From Thraustochytrium aureum (lineage: Eukaryota): a stretch of DNA of 64,000 nt. The stretch lies in assembly GCA_012862495.1 (NCBI GenBank), contig BLSG01000411.1:62001-126000 (forward strand), given 5' to 3'. Below the pieces are notes generated by a model. The model ran no database searches, was not told the origin of the DNA, and saw nothing but the letters and a program-made list of their open reading frames with translations. Positions 1-11,198 of this stretch are shown piece by piece; within the stretch, counting starts at the first letter, position 1, and each line of letters starts with the position of its first letter. A program made the translations under genes and the position numbers.

Positions 1-153
1 GCACTGACTGAGCGCTTTCGAGAGAGAGCTTGAGTAGAGAGATCTGCAGGTAGGTCTTTGCAGTGTTCGCACTGCCGGGGCCCCCATTTGCCACCAAGTC
101 GGTCCCGTTCAGCACCAAAAGCGCAGCGTAGGGTCCGTCCGAGGCGAAGAAGC

Positions 154-226
154 AGACCAATACTCGGGGCACTGAGTTTACTCGTCGAGAAGACCAAGTA
201 CCCGGGGCACTGAGTTTACTCGTCGA
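154..226. repeat. Imperfect tandem duplication (~37-bp unit)
   Basis: agaccaa-tactcggggcactgagtttactcgtcga (154-188) and agaccaagtacccggggcactgagtttactcgtcga (191-226). Confidence 0.85.
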
Positions 227-1025
227 TTCTGGAGCCGCCAAGGACGATGCAAATATAGCCTCCAAGCTGTGCAGGCCAGGCCATCATGATCACCAGTCTC
301 CGGAGTGGAAATGTCAGCGTCCGAAGCCGAGTTCGGGGACATCTTTCATTCACACAACCCTGCTCCGCCTTACGATACCCCTAGCTGGGACGCTTTCTTG
401 AAAACTGTCTCCTTCATAACCACCTATCGATTGCGGCTGTGCAAGTCGCTCAGTGCCCCCCAAGCCGCCTCTTAAGGCCCTGATTGCACCCGATTTGGAC
501 GTTGTAATTCACGTGCAAGAGGCGTTGAACGCGCGTGTGAAAGCTCATTGTCGGGGACGCGGCGCGTGACAGCGGCTGCAGCGTTCGGCGCAACTTGAAC
601 CTGCGTGCGACAGCCTCGTCGGATCCTCCTCGGTGTCTCAGCCGCGTCGGATCCTCCTTTTTTATCGCAACCATCACTGGCCTCTCACGCGTCCTTCCCT
701 CCGTGCTGCTGCTCTCTCGACGCGGACTCCGCTCAACAGAGACAGCTCTGCCTCAGCCCGTGAGCACACAGTCAGTCAGGCGGCCAAGCAGGCACAGGCA
801 GGCAACTTGATCTGCAATCTCGGTTGGCCTCGCGCCTGAGAGGAGCGTGAGGTCTTCCGCCCTGGCTCGACTCTCGCTGACCGAGTGCGCCTTGTGGCCA
901 ACGGAGGGCGCAAACTGGTGTGCGATTCAGCCTGGAGCAGGCCTTCGCCTCGGAGGAGGAAAGAGACGCCGAGCAGCACTCACTGGCAGCCCTCATCCTG
1001 CCAGCCTGCCTGCCTGCCGCAGCGC

Positions 1026-1026
<1 letters not shown>

Positions 1027-1074
<48 letters not shown>
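1027..1074 (+). repeat. (GCT)16 trinucleotide microsatellite
   Basis: Perfect run read directly, upstream of the CDS at 1776. Confidence 0.95.
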
Positions 1075-1075
<1 letters not shown>

Positions 1076-1512
1076 ACGCCCCTGGAGACATCCTGGCAAG
1101 TGCTGTTCGTTCCTGCTGGATGCCGCCTTGCTTCTCTCCCGCTTTAACGACCTGCCCGCCACTCCCCGCGCGACTTCGCGCACAAATTGCCACACGTTCA
1201 GCTCCGTGCGGCGCCCCTCTCTGCCTGCCGCGGGACTCGGTTCAGTGCGCCCCTCTCTGCGGGAGCAAAACCGCCTCAAGAGTCCGGACACTGCGAGAGC
1301 AGAAGAGGAGGGGCCTCTTGGTGTTCCACGTGGAGACCCGTGTCCGATTGTGCGCTTTTCGCCGGTTTTTCCTTTGTCGGAAGGGAGAGCTGGGCGGTTA
1401 TCCTTGTGCTGCGCCACATTTATTGGCGTCTGGAAGAGTGAGTGAAAAGAGTCCGTTTGCATCGTGGTCGAGGAGAGCCCAACGACCGCGGCAGAGCAGC
1501 AGCGCGGCCAGC

Positions 1513-1513
<1 letters not shown>

Positions 1514-1543
<30 letters not shown>
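1514..1543 (+). repeat. (GCA)10 trinucleotide microsatellite
   Basis: Perfect run read directly. Confidence 0.9.
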
Positions 1544-1545
<2 letters not shown>

Positions 1546-1775
1546 GGCGGCGGCGGCAGCAGCAGCTAGCGGCTGCAGCACAGTCTCGGAACACACCGCT
1601 GGGCGGCCAGCCGTCCGCGACAGCGCAAGGCCGTCTCGGAAGCGGCTTGACGATCAGGTGGGAAATTCTCAAGAAGGCAGCGGCGGTTGGGCCAAGGCGC
1701 GAGCGAGGCGGGCACGGGGGCGCCACAGCCCCAGGCAGACCTTTTCAGGCGCATCGACGGGCGACCGCGCGCGGG

Positions 1776-4442
1776 ATGGCGGGCCCGAACGGGGCCAGCG
1801 CCCGCGGCGCGGATGAACACATTCAAGTCAAGGTCGGCTTCAAGGAAGGGACGTGCTGGCGGCCCGCGTACCAACGCAACAACAAGTCGAAAGGGCAGAA
1901 GAACCTGAGGTGTTTCCCCAACTGCTGCATCGGGTTCGGCCACCAGGATGGGTTTTGCGGCCAGGCCGTGACCATGCAGTTCGAGTACCCAACAGGGGCG
2001 CTGCCAGTTGACCACCTTGTTGCAGCGGCCGAGTTTGCCGAGGCCGACTCGCGGCCCCACCAGTCAGGGGCACTCATCACCCTGAGGTCGATCAACAAGC
2101 ATGGCACGTCCCACGAAAGGGAACTGACCCTCATCGAAGGGCTCCGGATCGAGCACGCGGGCCGAGAGATAAGCGAGTTGGACGACGGCACCTCGCAGGT
2201 GTTCTTCGAGTTCAACCGGAACCTGAAGGGGTGGCACTATGGGTTTCTGGGCTCGAAGAAGACGCGCGACCTCTTCCACGTCTTCAGGGCCTACGTGCTC
2301 GAAAAGGTAGACGGCGTTAGCCGTGACGGCGAGGACGCGTACCGCGTGATCGCCTGCTGCCAGTCGCCTGCTTGGCAGATGTACTGCCGCAGGCGCAAGA
2401 ACCACTCGACGGGGATGAAGCAGGTCGAGATGCAACATCGCCAACTTGTGGACCGCGCGCGACACGCGCGCCACCAGTACATCGAGCCAGGCAAGCGGCT
2501 GAACGTTCCCGCAATCTACGTCCCTGCCTCGTTCAACCCGGCTAGCGCAAACACGACGCCGAGCGGTGGGTCTCCAGCGAGTATCGCTGTCAAGGACGAT
2601 ATGCCGCGGCAGGGTCCTGCGGCAGTCGCGGCAGCGGCCGTCTCGAACGCCCGCAAGAAGAAACACCAAGCCCGCAAGCGCGGCGCCGGACGCTCCGAGT
2701 CCTCAAAGCTGTCGCACGACCGCGACGATTATTCCTCGCCTTTGCCGCCCGACCTGGCGGACGACTTTATGTTCCAGGGCTCAGACGGCGCGGTCATGTC
2801 TGAAGATGACTTTATCCCTCTTCTCCCCGGCGAAAGCCAAGGCGACGCGTTCGGAGACTTTGCCACGTACGGGATAATGACCCAGTCGGTGCAAGACCAG
2901 CTCGGCGGCGTCGCGCCGCCGCCGCCGCTGCCCCTCGTCGACCCCAATTCGCTCGGCTACATCCGCCGAATCGACTCGCTGCACCAATTCGACAATTGTG
3001 GCGCGGACGGATCGCGCCACTCAGACCCCTGCGCAGGATTCACGAATTTGTCCCTTGGCCGTGATCAGCAGGAGGAACGCCGCGTCCACTCTTCGCAACC
3101 GCGCCGGCTCGCCGGGGGGCGCCCGTCCGCTGTGAGCGTGAGCGCCGGTGCCGTCCCGAGCAACTTTGAGGGACATCAGCAGCAGCAGCAGCAGCAGCGC
3201 CGCAAGCGCCGCCCGGACAACTCGCCGTCGGGGCTGTATCGGCAAGCCAACCAGGAGCGCCTCGCCACGGACCGCCGCTGGGACCTCGCCGTGAAGGTGC
3301 TCGAGCAGCTTGACCTGCCGCGCCCGCTCCGCGCGCACAAGTTTAACTTTAGCGGGCCGCAAGACAAGATCCTTCACTTCGCGGCGTGCGTGCGCGAGCT
3401 CCTGGTTCACCTGGACCAAATGCGTCTCTATTGGCAAACCCCCAAGGTGCCGCCCCATGTGGAGGATTTTATCACGAGCAGCAAGTCGCTCAGCGAGATC
3501 GACCACTTTTGCTTGCACGTTATTACCTGCCACACCTTTGACCATCGCGTCAACGAGTTTGTCTCCAAGCTCAACTCGACCAGCGTGGATCCCTACCTGA
3601 TTGTCTCGTTCGGTCTCGCGCTCTTCTCGGACCTGCTCGTCGCGTTTCTCTCTGATGGCGAGCGCCGCAACGCGATCGCCAAATCTGAAAAGGTGTCCAT
3701 GTCTGACTCGACGCAGGCGTGGCGCCAGGCCTCGCATGCCGCTCGCGCCGCCCAGCGCAGCACGGCAGCGACAAAGTCCGCATCTGAACCCTCAGCGGCC
3801 GACTCTGGCACTCGTCGGCCAAGCGGTATGGGCTCGGAGCCGTTCCGCATGTCGCGGACCGGCTCGACGCGCAGCTTGCTCAACGTACTCTCGCCGACGG
3901 GTCTCTCGCGTGCCGCTCACCTCGGCGACCTCACGGCGACGCCGCGCGGCGGGGTGAGCCTTGACGACCTCGATTGGGGCATTGTGGAGAGCACGCCGCG
4001 AAACTCGATGGGGTCCACCTCGTCCGAGTCGTCGGGCTCGGCGGCCTCGCTCAAGGGGGCCAGCAAGACGAGCCGTCCTGGGTCTTCGTCTTCATCGTCC
4101 GGAGGCGTGGCGGCGCCGCCAAAGGCGTTGTCTGCGGCCACGCTCAATCTGGTGGGGCTGACCTCTGGCGGCTCCTTCATCTTGTCACCCAAACAATCCT
4201 TTTCTTCGCTCAAGCAGTTCAACTCGGAGTCGCGGCATTTCGAGACGGAGTTTGCCACGGTGCCCCTCAGCCCGCCGCCCTTGTACTCCGAGATCGACAG
4301 CTTTATTGCGCAGACCGGGCAGGATGGGTTCTTTTTGTCTCCAACGCACAGCTCATTCCGTCGCCGGTCTTCCGCGGCGAGCCAGCAGAGTCAGCCGCAG
4401 CAGGGCCAGCAGCAACGGAAGCAGCAGGCGAATGCCAAGTGA
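1776..4442 (+). CDS. Uncharacterised ~890-aa protein with an N-terminal Cys/His-containing globular domain (KNLRCFPNCC..H..GFCG); putative transcription factor
   Basis: Long uninterrupted ORF, first in-frame ATG at 1776. Ordered domain ~1820-2400 ending SPAWQMYCRRRK, followed by basic NLS-like (RKKKHQARKR), acidic, poly-Q and Ser-rich tracts. The function is inferred. Confidence 0.75.
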   Translation: MAGPNGASARGADEHIQVKVGFKEGTCWRPAYQRNNKSKGQKNLRCFPNCCIGFGHQDGFCGQAVTMQFEYPTGALPVDHLVAAAEFAEADSRPHQSGALITLRSINKHGTSHERELTLIEGLRIEHAGREISELDDGTSQVFFEFNRNLKGWHYGFLGSKKTRDLFHVFRAYVLEKVDGVSRDGEDAYRVIACCQSPAWQMYCRRRKNHSTGMKQVEMQHRQLVDRARHARHQYIEPGKRLNVPAIYVPASFNPASANTTPSGGSPASIAVKDDMPRQGPAAVAAAAVSNARKKKHQARKRGAGRSESSKLSHDRDDYSSPLPPDLADDFMFQGSDGAVMSEDDFIPLLPGESQGDAFGDFATYGIMTQSVQDQLGGVAPPPPLPLVDPNSLGYIRRIDSLHQFDNCGADGSRHSDPCAGFTNLSLGRDQQEERRVHSSQPRRLAGGRPSAVSVSAGAVPSNFEGHQQQQQQQRRKRRPDNSPSGLYRQANQERLATDRRWDLAVKVLEQLDLPRPLRAHKFNFSGPQDKILHFAACVRELLVHLDQMRLYWQTPKVPPHVEDFITSSKSLSEIDHFCLHVITCHTFDHRVNEFVSKLNSTSVDPYLIVSFGLALFSDLLVAFLSDGERRNAIAKSEKVSMSDSTQAWRQASHAARAAQRSTAATKSASEPSAADSGTRRPSGMGSEPFRMSRTGSTRSLLNVLSPTGLSRAAHLGDLTATPRGGVSLDDLDWGIVESTPRNSMGSTSSESSGSAASLKGASKTSRPGSSSSSSGGVAAPPKALSAATLNLVGLTSGGSFILSPKQSFSSLKQFNSESRHFETEFATVPLSPPPLYSEIDSFIAQTGQDGFFLSPTHSSFRRRSSAASQQSQPQQGQQQRKQQANAK

Positions 4443-5154
4443 GCGCACGCACGTGCTCACTTGAGCAGGTGGGCGACGACTTCACCCGCCCCTGCGCGGC
4501 ACTCGGTATCTATTGGCCATTTGCGCGGCCTGGCGAACGCAATCGAGCCGCAGGGATCAGTTCGGCAGCGCCATTAGGGCCGCTACTTGGATGCCGCGCG
4601 TTGTGCAGGTCCCTCGAGCGGTGGAGAAGATGCCTGCTACTTTCCGACGCCTCACGAAGAGTTCGCGCAAGTATATGCAGACGCTGTCCAGCGTTCGAAC
4701 AACCAACCCCCTGCTGGCTGCGCCTGTCCTGACTTGCGCGGCGATGTCGTCGGAAATAGGAGGACCGACGACAGGAATTCACACTTCAAAAGAAAATCAA
4801 GGCCACGCGACCGACTGCTTCCAAACAGCGCGACTGCTCCGGTTTGGAATGGCCTCGCGCAAGCCGCGCAGGCCAGAAACGCACGTCGCCCGTGGCCGCC
4901 ACGGCATTGCAAGCAACACACACCACTGCAAAGAAGAAACCAAAAAACGAAAAAAAAAGAGTTTTTCGTTCCATGAGCGAATCTGCGTCGCGCAGCGCCA
5001 AAGAGCAGCGGCCAGACGCCGGCGAAGATAGTCTGCCGGCAATCGGCGATGAGCTTGGCACCATGCCCACGGCGCGCTTTTAAAAACAACACCTTTGTAC
5101 ATTGGGTGGGTCGTGGCCGACTGGGCATCGCGTAGCGTAGCAGCAGACTCGGCT

Positions 5155-6060
5155 TTATTCCAACGAAACGGCTCGGTCCTGCCCCACCGCAACGTCAAAG
5201 CCGTGGACCGCCACTGCCATGGGCACTTCGCCCTCGGTTGGAGGCTCGGCGAGAAGTGACCGACGCCTCTCCAGGTCAGAGTTGCGCCGATCGCTTCGCC
5301 GTGCTTTGCGAGAAAAGAAAAGACGGAGCTGCCGATACCGCGAGCGCTCGCGGCGCCCTTGCCGGCCGCTCTCAATGGCTTGGAACACTTCGCTGTCTCG
5401 ACGTGGGCGTGCTGCGCGCCGCATCCCAGCCAGGCAGCAGGCAAACGAAATTGCGAGAAGCTGGATCGCTCCGACGGCGGACAGGATCACGATTGCTGGG
5501 TCGATGCGGTCCCTTGCCCAATCCGCAATAAGTATTTCGTACTCGTCTACGGTCAAGGCGCAACTCTCTTCGCTAGTGAACACATCGGGAAGCTCCTCGC
5601 ACGTATCCGCGTCGACCGAGCAGTCCTCGAAGGCCGCGCTCGCGCCGCTCGCGTCGCTCGCGTGGCAGCAATCGTGCCAGATGCATTTGACAGCCTCCTT
5701 CAACGGCCCGCTCAGCGCGTGGTCTTCCATGTTGCCCGTGTAGTCCAGAAGGCTGACGGTCACCGCTGCTTCAAAGCACACGAGTGCGAGCAAGCAAACA
5801 GCGTAGACCCTGATCGCGCACGAGCCCTTCCGCAGCGACCCCACGCACCCGAACAGCGCGAGCGCCATCACGCCGACGCCCACGCACAGCAGGCTGAGCA
5901 CAGCCTCGTGCTGCACGAGAGCGACCTCCTCGGTGTCGCGAAACTGGTGCATCAGGTACACCGCGGCTGCGGCCAGCAGCGCGCCGATCACCGCCACGCC
6001 GCAGTTGAACAGCAGCAGAAGCTCGCGGACGAGCCACATCAGGCAATCGTCCCAGCCCAT
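5155..6060 (-). CDS. Tetraspanin-family membrane protein
   Basis: MGWDDCLMWLVRELLLLFNCGVAVIG start; four hydrophobic helices; LALFGCVGS motif after TM2; Cys-rich large loop with CC; TM4 ending FACCL. Confidence 0.85.
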   Translation of the reverse strand: MGWDDCLMWLVRELLLLFNCGVAVIGALLAAAAVYLMHQFRDTEEVALVQHEAVLSLLCVGVGVMALALFGCVGSLRKGSCAIRVYAVCLLALVCFEAAVTVSLLDYTGNMEDHALSGPLKEAVKCIWHDCCHASDASGASAAFEDCSVDADTCEELPDVFTSEESCALTVDEYEILIADWARDRIDPAIVILSAVGAIQLLAISFACCLAGMRRAARPRRDSEVFQAIESGRQGRRERSRYRQLRLFFSRKARRSDRRNSDLERRRSLLAEPPTEGEVPMAVAVHGFDVAVGQDRAVSLE

Positions 6061-6620
6061 GCTGGCCGCCCTCGCGCTCGCGAATCGCTGTTCGCGAGCC
6101 GCGCGACCCTTCTTGCACCTGAACTGCCTGCCTGCTCGCACAACACAAAGCCGGGAAATCTCCTCTCCAGAGCGCGATCGATCCAGGTTCGTTCTTCGAA
6201 ACAGCTCTGCGAAAGAACTAAAGAATGATTCTCCGCGTGATCTTTCAGTTTTCAGAACAGAATTCAGAAAGATTCGGGAGTGCAGATCCTCGAGTACTTC
6301 CAGAGCAACGCAGCGATGTCTTGCCTCTCTCGTCAGTAGAGCTGCCGACGCGTCGCGGCACGGCAGGGAAGGGTGCGGCACGAGAACGGCATCAATGTCC
6401 TCGAAGGAAGCCAGCCTGAGGACGCGAAGCAGCGGAACGGTTCGAAGTATGTAGGTGCGAGGAGGGTAGGCAGCTGCTCTGCCATGCTTCGGTGGTGAGC
6501 TCCCATCCAGGTTCGGGCAGCAGCTCGGGCGCCTGCGCGCGCGGGACGCTTTTCGTTCTGTTCGCTCGATCTTTTGGCCAAGCGAAGAGATGGGAATCAC
6601 GGGATGGCAGTTGGGCAAGA

Positions 6621-8376
6621 ATGATGACTGCAACAGACCCGAATCACCACCGTCAGCGTCTCTGGAGAGCTGACCGAAGCGGAGCAGCGAGCGACGTCGC
6701 AAGCAAGATGAAGGAAGTCTACGCCAGCGATATGGCGACCAGGGAGGCGCCAAAGTACGCCATGCCAGAGACGGGCATGCCCGCCGAGTGCACGCGCCGG
6801 CTGATCAAGGACGAGCTGCGGCTCGACGGCACTGCCGCGCAAAACCTCGCCTCGTTCGTAACCACCTACATGGAGAGCCAGGCCAAGGAGCTAATGATGG
6901 ACTCGATGAAGGTCAACTTTATCGACCTCGACGAGTACCCGCAGTCGGCCGACATCCACCAGCGCTGCGTCAACATGGTCGGCGACCTGTGGCATGCGAC
7001 GCCAGAGGCCAATGGCAACATGGTCGGGACGGCCACCGTGGGCTCGAGCGAGGCCATCATGCTGGCCGTGCTGGCCATGAAGTGGCGCTGGAAGGCGTGG
7101 CGCAAGGCCAAAAACCTGCCCCTCGACAAGGAACCAAACATCGTGTTTGGGAGCAATGTCCAGTAAGTTGCACTTTTGCAAGCGGCTCGCCCTGCGTCGG
7201 CTCCTGCCTGGCCAGCTCCTCTGACGCCGCCCGAGCGCCCCAGGTGCTGCTGGCACAAGGCCTGCTTGTACTTTGAGGTCGAGCGCCGCGAGGCCGACGT
7301 GTCGCCCGACGAGCTGGTTCTCACTCCCGCGCGAGCCAAGCCGCTCGTCGACGAGTACACGATCGGGGTGTGCCCCATTCTGGGCTCGACCTTCAACGGC
7401 CAGTTCGAAGACGTCAAGGGCATCTGCGAAGTCGTTCGCGAGCTCAACAACGCAAACGGCTGGCAAGTCCCCGTTCACGTTGACGCGGCCAGCGGGGGGT
7501 TTATCGCGCCGTTCACGCGCCCTGAGCTCGTCTGGGACTTTCGTCTCCCGGAGGTGAAAAGCATCAACGCGTCAGGGCACAAGTTTGGCCTGGTGTACTG
7601 CGGCATCGGGCACCTCGTCTTCAAGGACAAATCGATGTGCCCCGATGAGCTCGTTACTCACGTCAACTACCTTGGGGGCGACCAGGCCTCGCTCACGCTC
7701 AACTTTTCCAAGCCAGCCTCGCCAATCGTGGGGCAGTACTACCAGTTCCTCCGCCTTGGCCGCGAGGGCTACACTGACATAATGAAAAACGGCCTGCTGA
7801 ACGCCGACTTCCTGCGCGACATGATCTTGGACACCGGCCACTTTCGCGCCGTCGACACGAAGGACATGCCTCTCGTGGCGGTGGCCCTCAAAGACCCGAT
7901 CAAGTCGGGCTTTACGCTCTTCGACCTCCAGGACGCGCTCAAGGTGCGCGGCTGGACGACCCCGGCGTACCGCTGCAGCAGTAAGTTGTCGCGCTGTAAC
8001 CTTGGCTTTCTTGATGCGCCTTGATGCTGACACGCTCGCTCTGCCGCTCTGGCTGGCTTTTCGCCTTCAGAGGGCGCCGAGGACCTCGTTATCATGAGGA
8101 TGGTCGTCAAGCAAAACCTGAGCCGCAACATGATCCACCTCTTGATCAACGACATCAAGAAACGCGATCAAGTTTTACGAAGAGCACCCTTCGCACCTCT
8201 TGCACCCGCACAACGCTGAGACGACAGAGGCGCAGCATCTCACCAAGAAGCGCAAGCTCACCAAGCGCGAGACGAGCGCGGCGGAGCACCAGGCGAGCCG
8301 AGGCATCACCACCAAGCTTCTTAACGGCAACCTCAAGCACATTGCGGAGGGCAGCAAGACCTCTGGAGTGTGCTGA
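6621..8376 (+). CDS. GAD: Glutamate decarboxylase (PLP-dependent, plant/fungal/bacterial type); introns 7163-7243 and 7981-8070; apparent +1 homopolymer frameshift at 8160-8162
   Basis: NLASFVTTYME, TVGSSEAIMLA, HVDAASGGF and the PLP-lysine motif SINASGHKFG. Splicing GTAAGT..CAG restores NVQCCWHK and PAYRCSKGAEDLVIMRMVVK. The corrected tail ends KTSGVC*. Confidence 0.95.
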
Positions 8377-9043
8377 CGTGCGCCGCAGAGGACCNNNNNN
8401 NNNNNNNNNNNNNNNNNNNNNNNNNNNNNNNNNNNNNNNNNNNNNNNNNNNNNNNNNNNNNNNNNNNNNNNNNNNNNNNNNNNNNNNNNNNNNNNNNNNN
8501 NNNNNNNNNNNNNNNNNNNNNNNNNNNNNNNNNNNNNNNNNNNNNNNNNNNNNNNNNNNNNNNNNNNNNNNNNNNNNNNNNNNNNNNNNNNNNNNNNNNN
8601 NNNNNNNNNNNNNNNNNNNNNNNNNNNNNNNNNNNNNNNNNNNNNNNNGCAACAAGCAAACCACACCAAGCTGGCCCCGCTTTCGGAAACCCACAGAGGC
8701 ACACAAAGAGCAATCCAAAATCAAACACCATTGGTTCATTTCGCAGGCCTGAGCCGCTCGCATTTGGCGCGCTAAGCGTCTCAAAGCCGAGCGACCTTGC
8801 TGTGCGCGCGTCCCTGTGCGTCCGAACCCTCGTGTCGCGTCGGACGAGGGCGCGTTTGTTTGGTGGACAAGAACCGCCCCGCTGAGCCCGGGCTACGGCC
8901 CCTTGGCACGCACGAAACGTCTCTCTAGAGCTAGAGAGCCAGAGTAGAGCCGCTCAGAGCTCTAGAGAGTAGACCCGCTCAGAGGTACGCGCGGGTGAGA
9001 TCAATCACGCCGAGATAGAATCGAAAAGCTCCTACCCTTCCGT

Positions 9044-10420
9044 TCACGGGTCCTGCGCAAACGAGCGCAAAAAGGAGTATACATTTTGCACGCCAACGGC
9101 ACTCCGCGCGAGCTCTTCTACGAGGTCCGCAAACAACATTTCTGTCTCGACGTGAAACCCGTTGGCGAAGAGCTGCCTGTCGAGAATCTCTTGCACACTG
9201 GCAACGGCGGTGTCCAGCGTTCGGTTGATAAACGCCAAGCGGCCTGCGTCTCGAAAGCGGTCGACGCCACACTCCCCCGCAGCCTCGGGTTTTGCGGCAG
9301 AGCACTCCTCGGGGAGACTTTGCTCCGGACTCGGGTGGAGGGCCTCGACGAAGTCGGCAGCGAGCGGCTTGAACCGCGTCTCGGCGAGGTTTGCAATGAG
9401 ACGCCTGTAGCCAGGCACCACACGGCGCAAATACATGCGCGTCGCTTCGGGGACGAGCTCGCGCGGCGTCCCGTCCTTGGAAAAGGCGAGCTGCTGCCAG
9501 TAGATGTGCGAGAACAAGTACTCGGGGATAGAGGGCGACACCACGCTCAGCGATATTGCAAACGTCGTGTACTCGATCTGGTGCCACCAAAACGAAGGAA
9601 TGTACAGCACCTGGCCCGGGCTCAGTTCAGAGCCGACGCAGCTCGACAGGTCGACGTCGCGGGCCCACTCTGGCAAGACGTCATCAAAAAGGTTGAGCTG
9701 TGACTGGCGCCGGGATGGGTGGGTGACCGGGTAAACGAAGAGATCCCAGTGCCTGCTCGGCTCAAACATGATGACGCGCTTGGTCCCGCTCACCTGCGCC
9801 AAGAAGTTGCGTGACTTGTCATAGTGCAGCTGCGCGGTGACGCCTGCCTTGCCGATGTGGATGATCGTGTGCGACCTGGCCTTGTCCCTGAGGGCTGGCT
9901 CGACAACGCTGAAGACGTCGTTCGGCTCGACCTGGCTCTCGAGCTCGTCAGAGAGCGGGAGCGGGCCTGAATAGTATGCAAAGGCCTCGTCGTCCACAAC
10001 GTCGGCAATCGTCCCGTTCTTGTACTGAATAACGCGGTCCAGCACTTGATCGCCATGAGATCTGAGCGTTTCGCCCGTCCTGCTCTCGCTTCGGATCGTG
10101 AACACGCGGCGCTTGCTGCTGCGATATTCGGCGGGGAAAGACCCGAGGTTTTCGCGCACAAAGTCTTCGTTCCATCGACCGGTCGCGGCCCACGACTCGG
10201 CTGGCGTCCCGACCAGAACAACGGGGCGCCTTCCGGCAACGACCTCCTGGATCGACATAGACCCCGCCAGCGCAGGCTCGTCCCGGCCTCGTAGCCGCAC
10301 CACAGGGATTTCTGTGGAGCACGTAAACTGCACCGCGCTCGCGCTGGCGAAGGCAGCAGCGGAGCAGAGCGCGCCGAGCGCCACCGCCCGCCTTCGTGGC
10401 GCCTGCCCTCGTCGGCCCAT
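9044..10420 (-). CDS. JmjC/cupin-8 2-oxoglutarate-Fe(II) oxygenase with N-terminal signal peptide
   Basis: HYD...H iron triad (QLHYDKSRNFLAQVSGTKRV ... YIPSFWWHQIE); N-terminus RRRAVALGALCSAAAFASASA. Confidence 0.88.
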   Translation of the reverse strand: MGRRGQAPRRRAVALGALCSAAAFASASAVQFTCSTEIPVVRLRGRDEPALAGSMSIQEVVAGRRPVVLVGTPAESWAATGRWNEDFVRENLGSFPAEYRSSKRRVFTIRSESRTGETLRSHGDQVLDRVIQYKNGTIADVVDDEAFAYYSGPLPLSDELESQVEPNDVFSVVEPALRDKARSHTIIHIGKAGVTAQLHYDKSRNFLAQVSGTKRVIMFEPSRHWDLFVYPVTHPSRRQSQLNLFDDVLPEWARDVDLSSCVGSELSPGQVLYIPSFWWHQIEYTTFAISLSVVSPSIPEYLFSHIYWQQLAFSKDGTPRELVPEATRMYLRRVVPGYRRLIANLAETRFKPLAADFVEALHPSPEQSLPEECSAAKPEAAGECGVDRFRDAGRLAFINRTLDTAVASVQEILDRQLFANGFHVETEMLFADLVEELARSAVGVQNVYSFLRSFAQDP

Positions 10421-11198
10421 GTCTGCGACGACGGCCGCGGGCCTCGCCAGCCGGGCGAATCGGCGCCCGCCTCGCCAGGTGCGCACAGCCCCTCTCCCGC
10501 GCCGCCTCCAGGTGCGACGTCCGCCGCCGTTCCGCTTCTGCACAGCCCAGCCCGCCCACAGCAGCACACGCTCGAGATCGTGCTGGTGCACGCACGCACG
10601 GGACCCCCGGCACGAGCGCCCCAGCCAAACAGCACCGCGACGGCTTTCCCCGACCGCCGACGAACGCACAATCGTCGCTCTGCTGTGCTCCCGCCGACCG
10701 GCACACGCACACTCGCTCTGCCGCGGCCTCCGCAGGCCGCGGCATCCTCCACCGGTACCACGCGCGACGGGAGACGGACTCGGAGGCGACCTGCATTGCC
10801 CGGCCTGCGAGACCGCCGATGCTGCCGGGCCCTCTCCTNNNNNNNNNNNNNNNNNNNNNNNNNNNNNNNNNNNNNNNNNNNNNNNNNNNNNNNNNNNNNN
10901 NNNNNNNNNNNNNNNNNNNNNNNNNNNNNNNNNNNNNNNNNNNNNNNNNNNNNNNNNNNNNNNNNNNNNNNNNNNNNNNNNNNNNNNNNNNNNNNNNNNN
11001 NNNNNNNNNNNNNNNNNNNNNNNNNNNNNNNNNNNNNNNNNNNNNNNNNNNNNNNNNNNNNNNNNNNNNNNNNNNNNNNNNNNNNNNNNNNNNNNNNNNN
11101 NNNNNNNNNNNNNNNNNNNNNNNNNNNNNNNNNNNNNNNNNNNNNNNNNNNNNNNNNNNNNNNNNNNNNNNNNNNNNNNNNNNNNNNNNNNNNNNNNN

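Noticed and set aside
1..665. Possible transposon end or ncRNA (tandem repeats at 154-226 and 611-658 followed by a T-run)
   Set aside because: No terminal inverted repeat, LTR, transposase or recognisable RNA fold, and the upstream context is outside the window.
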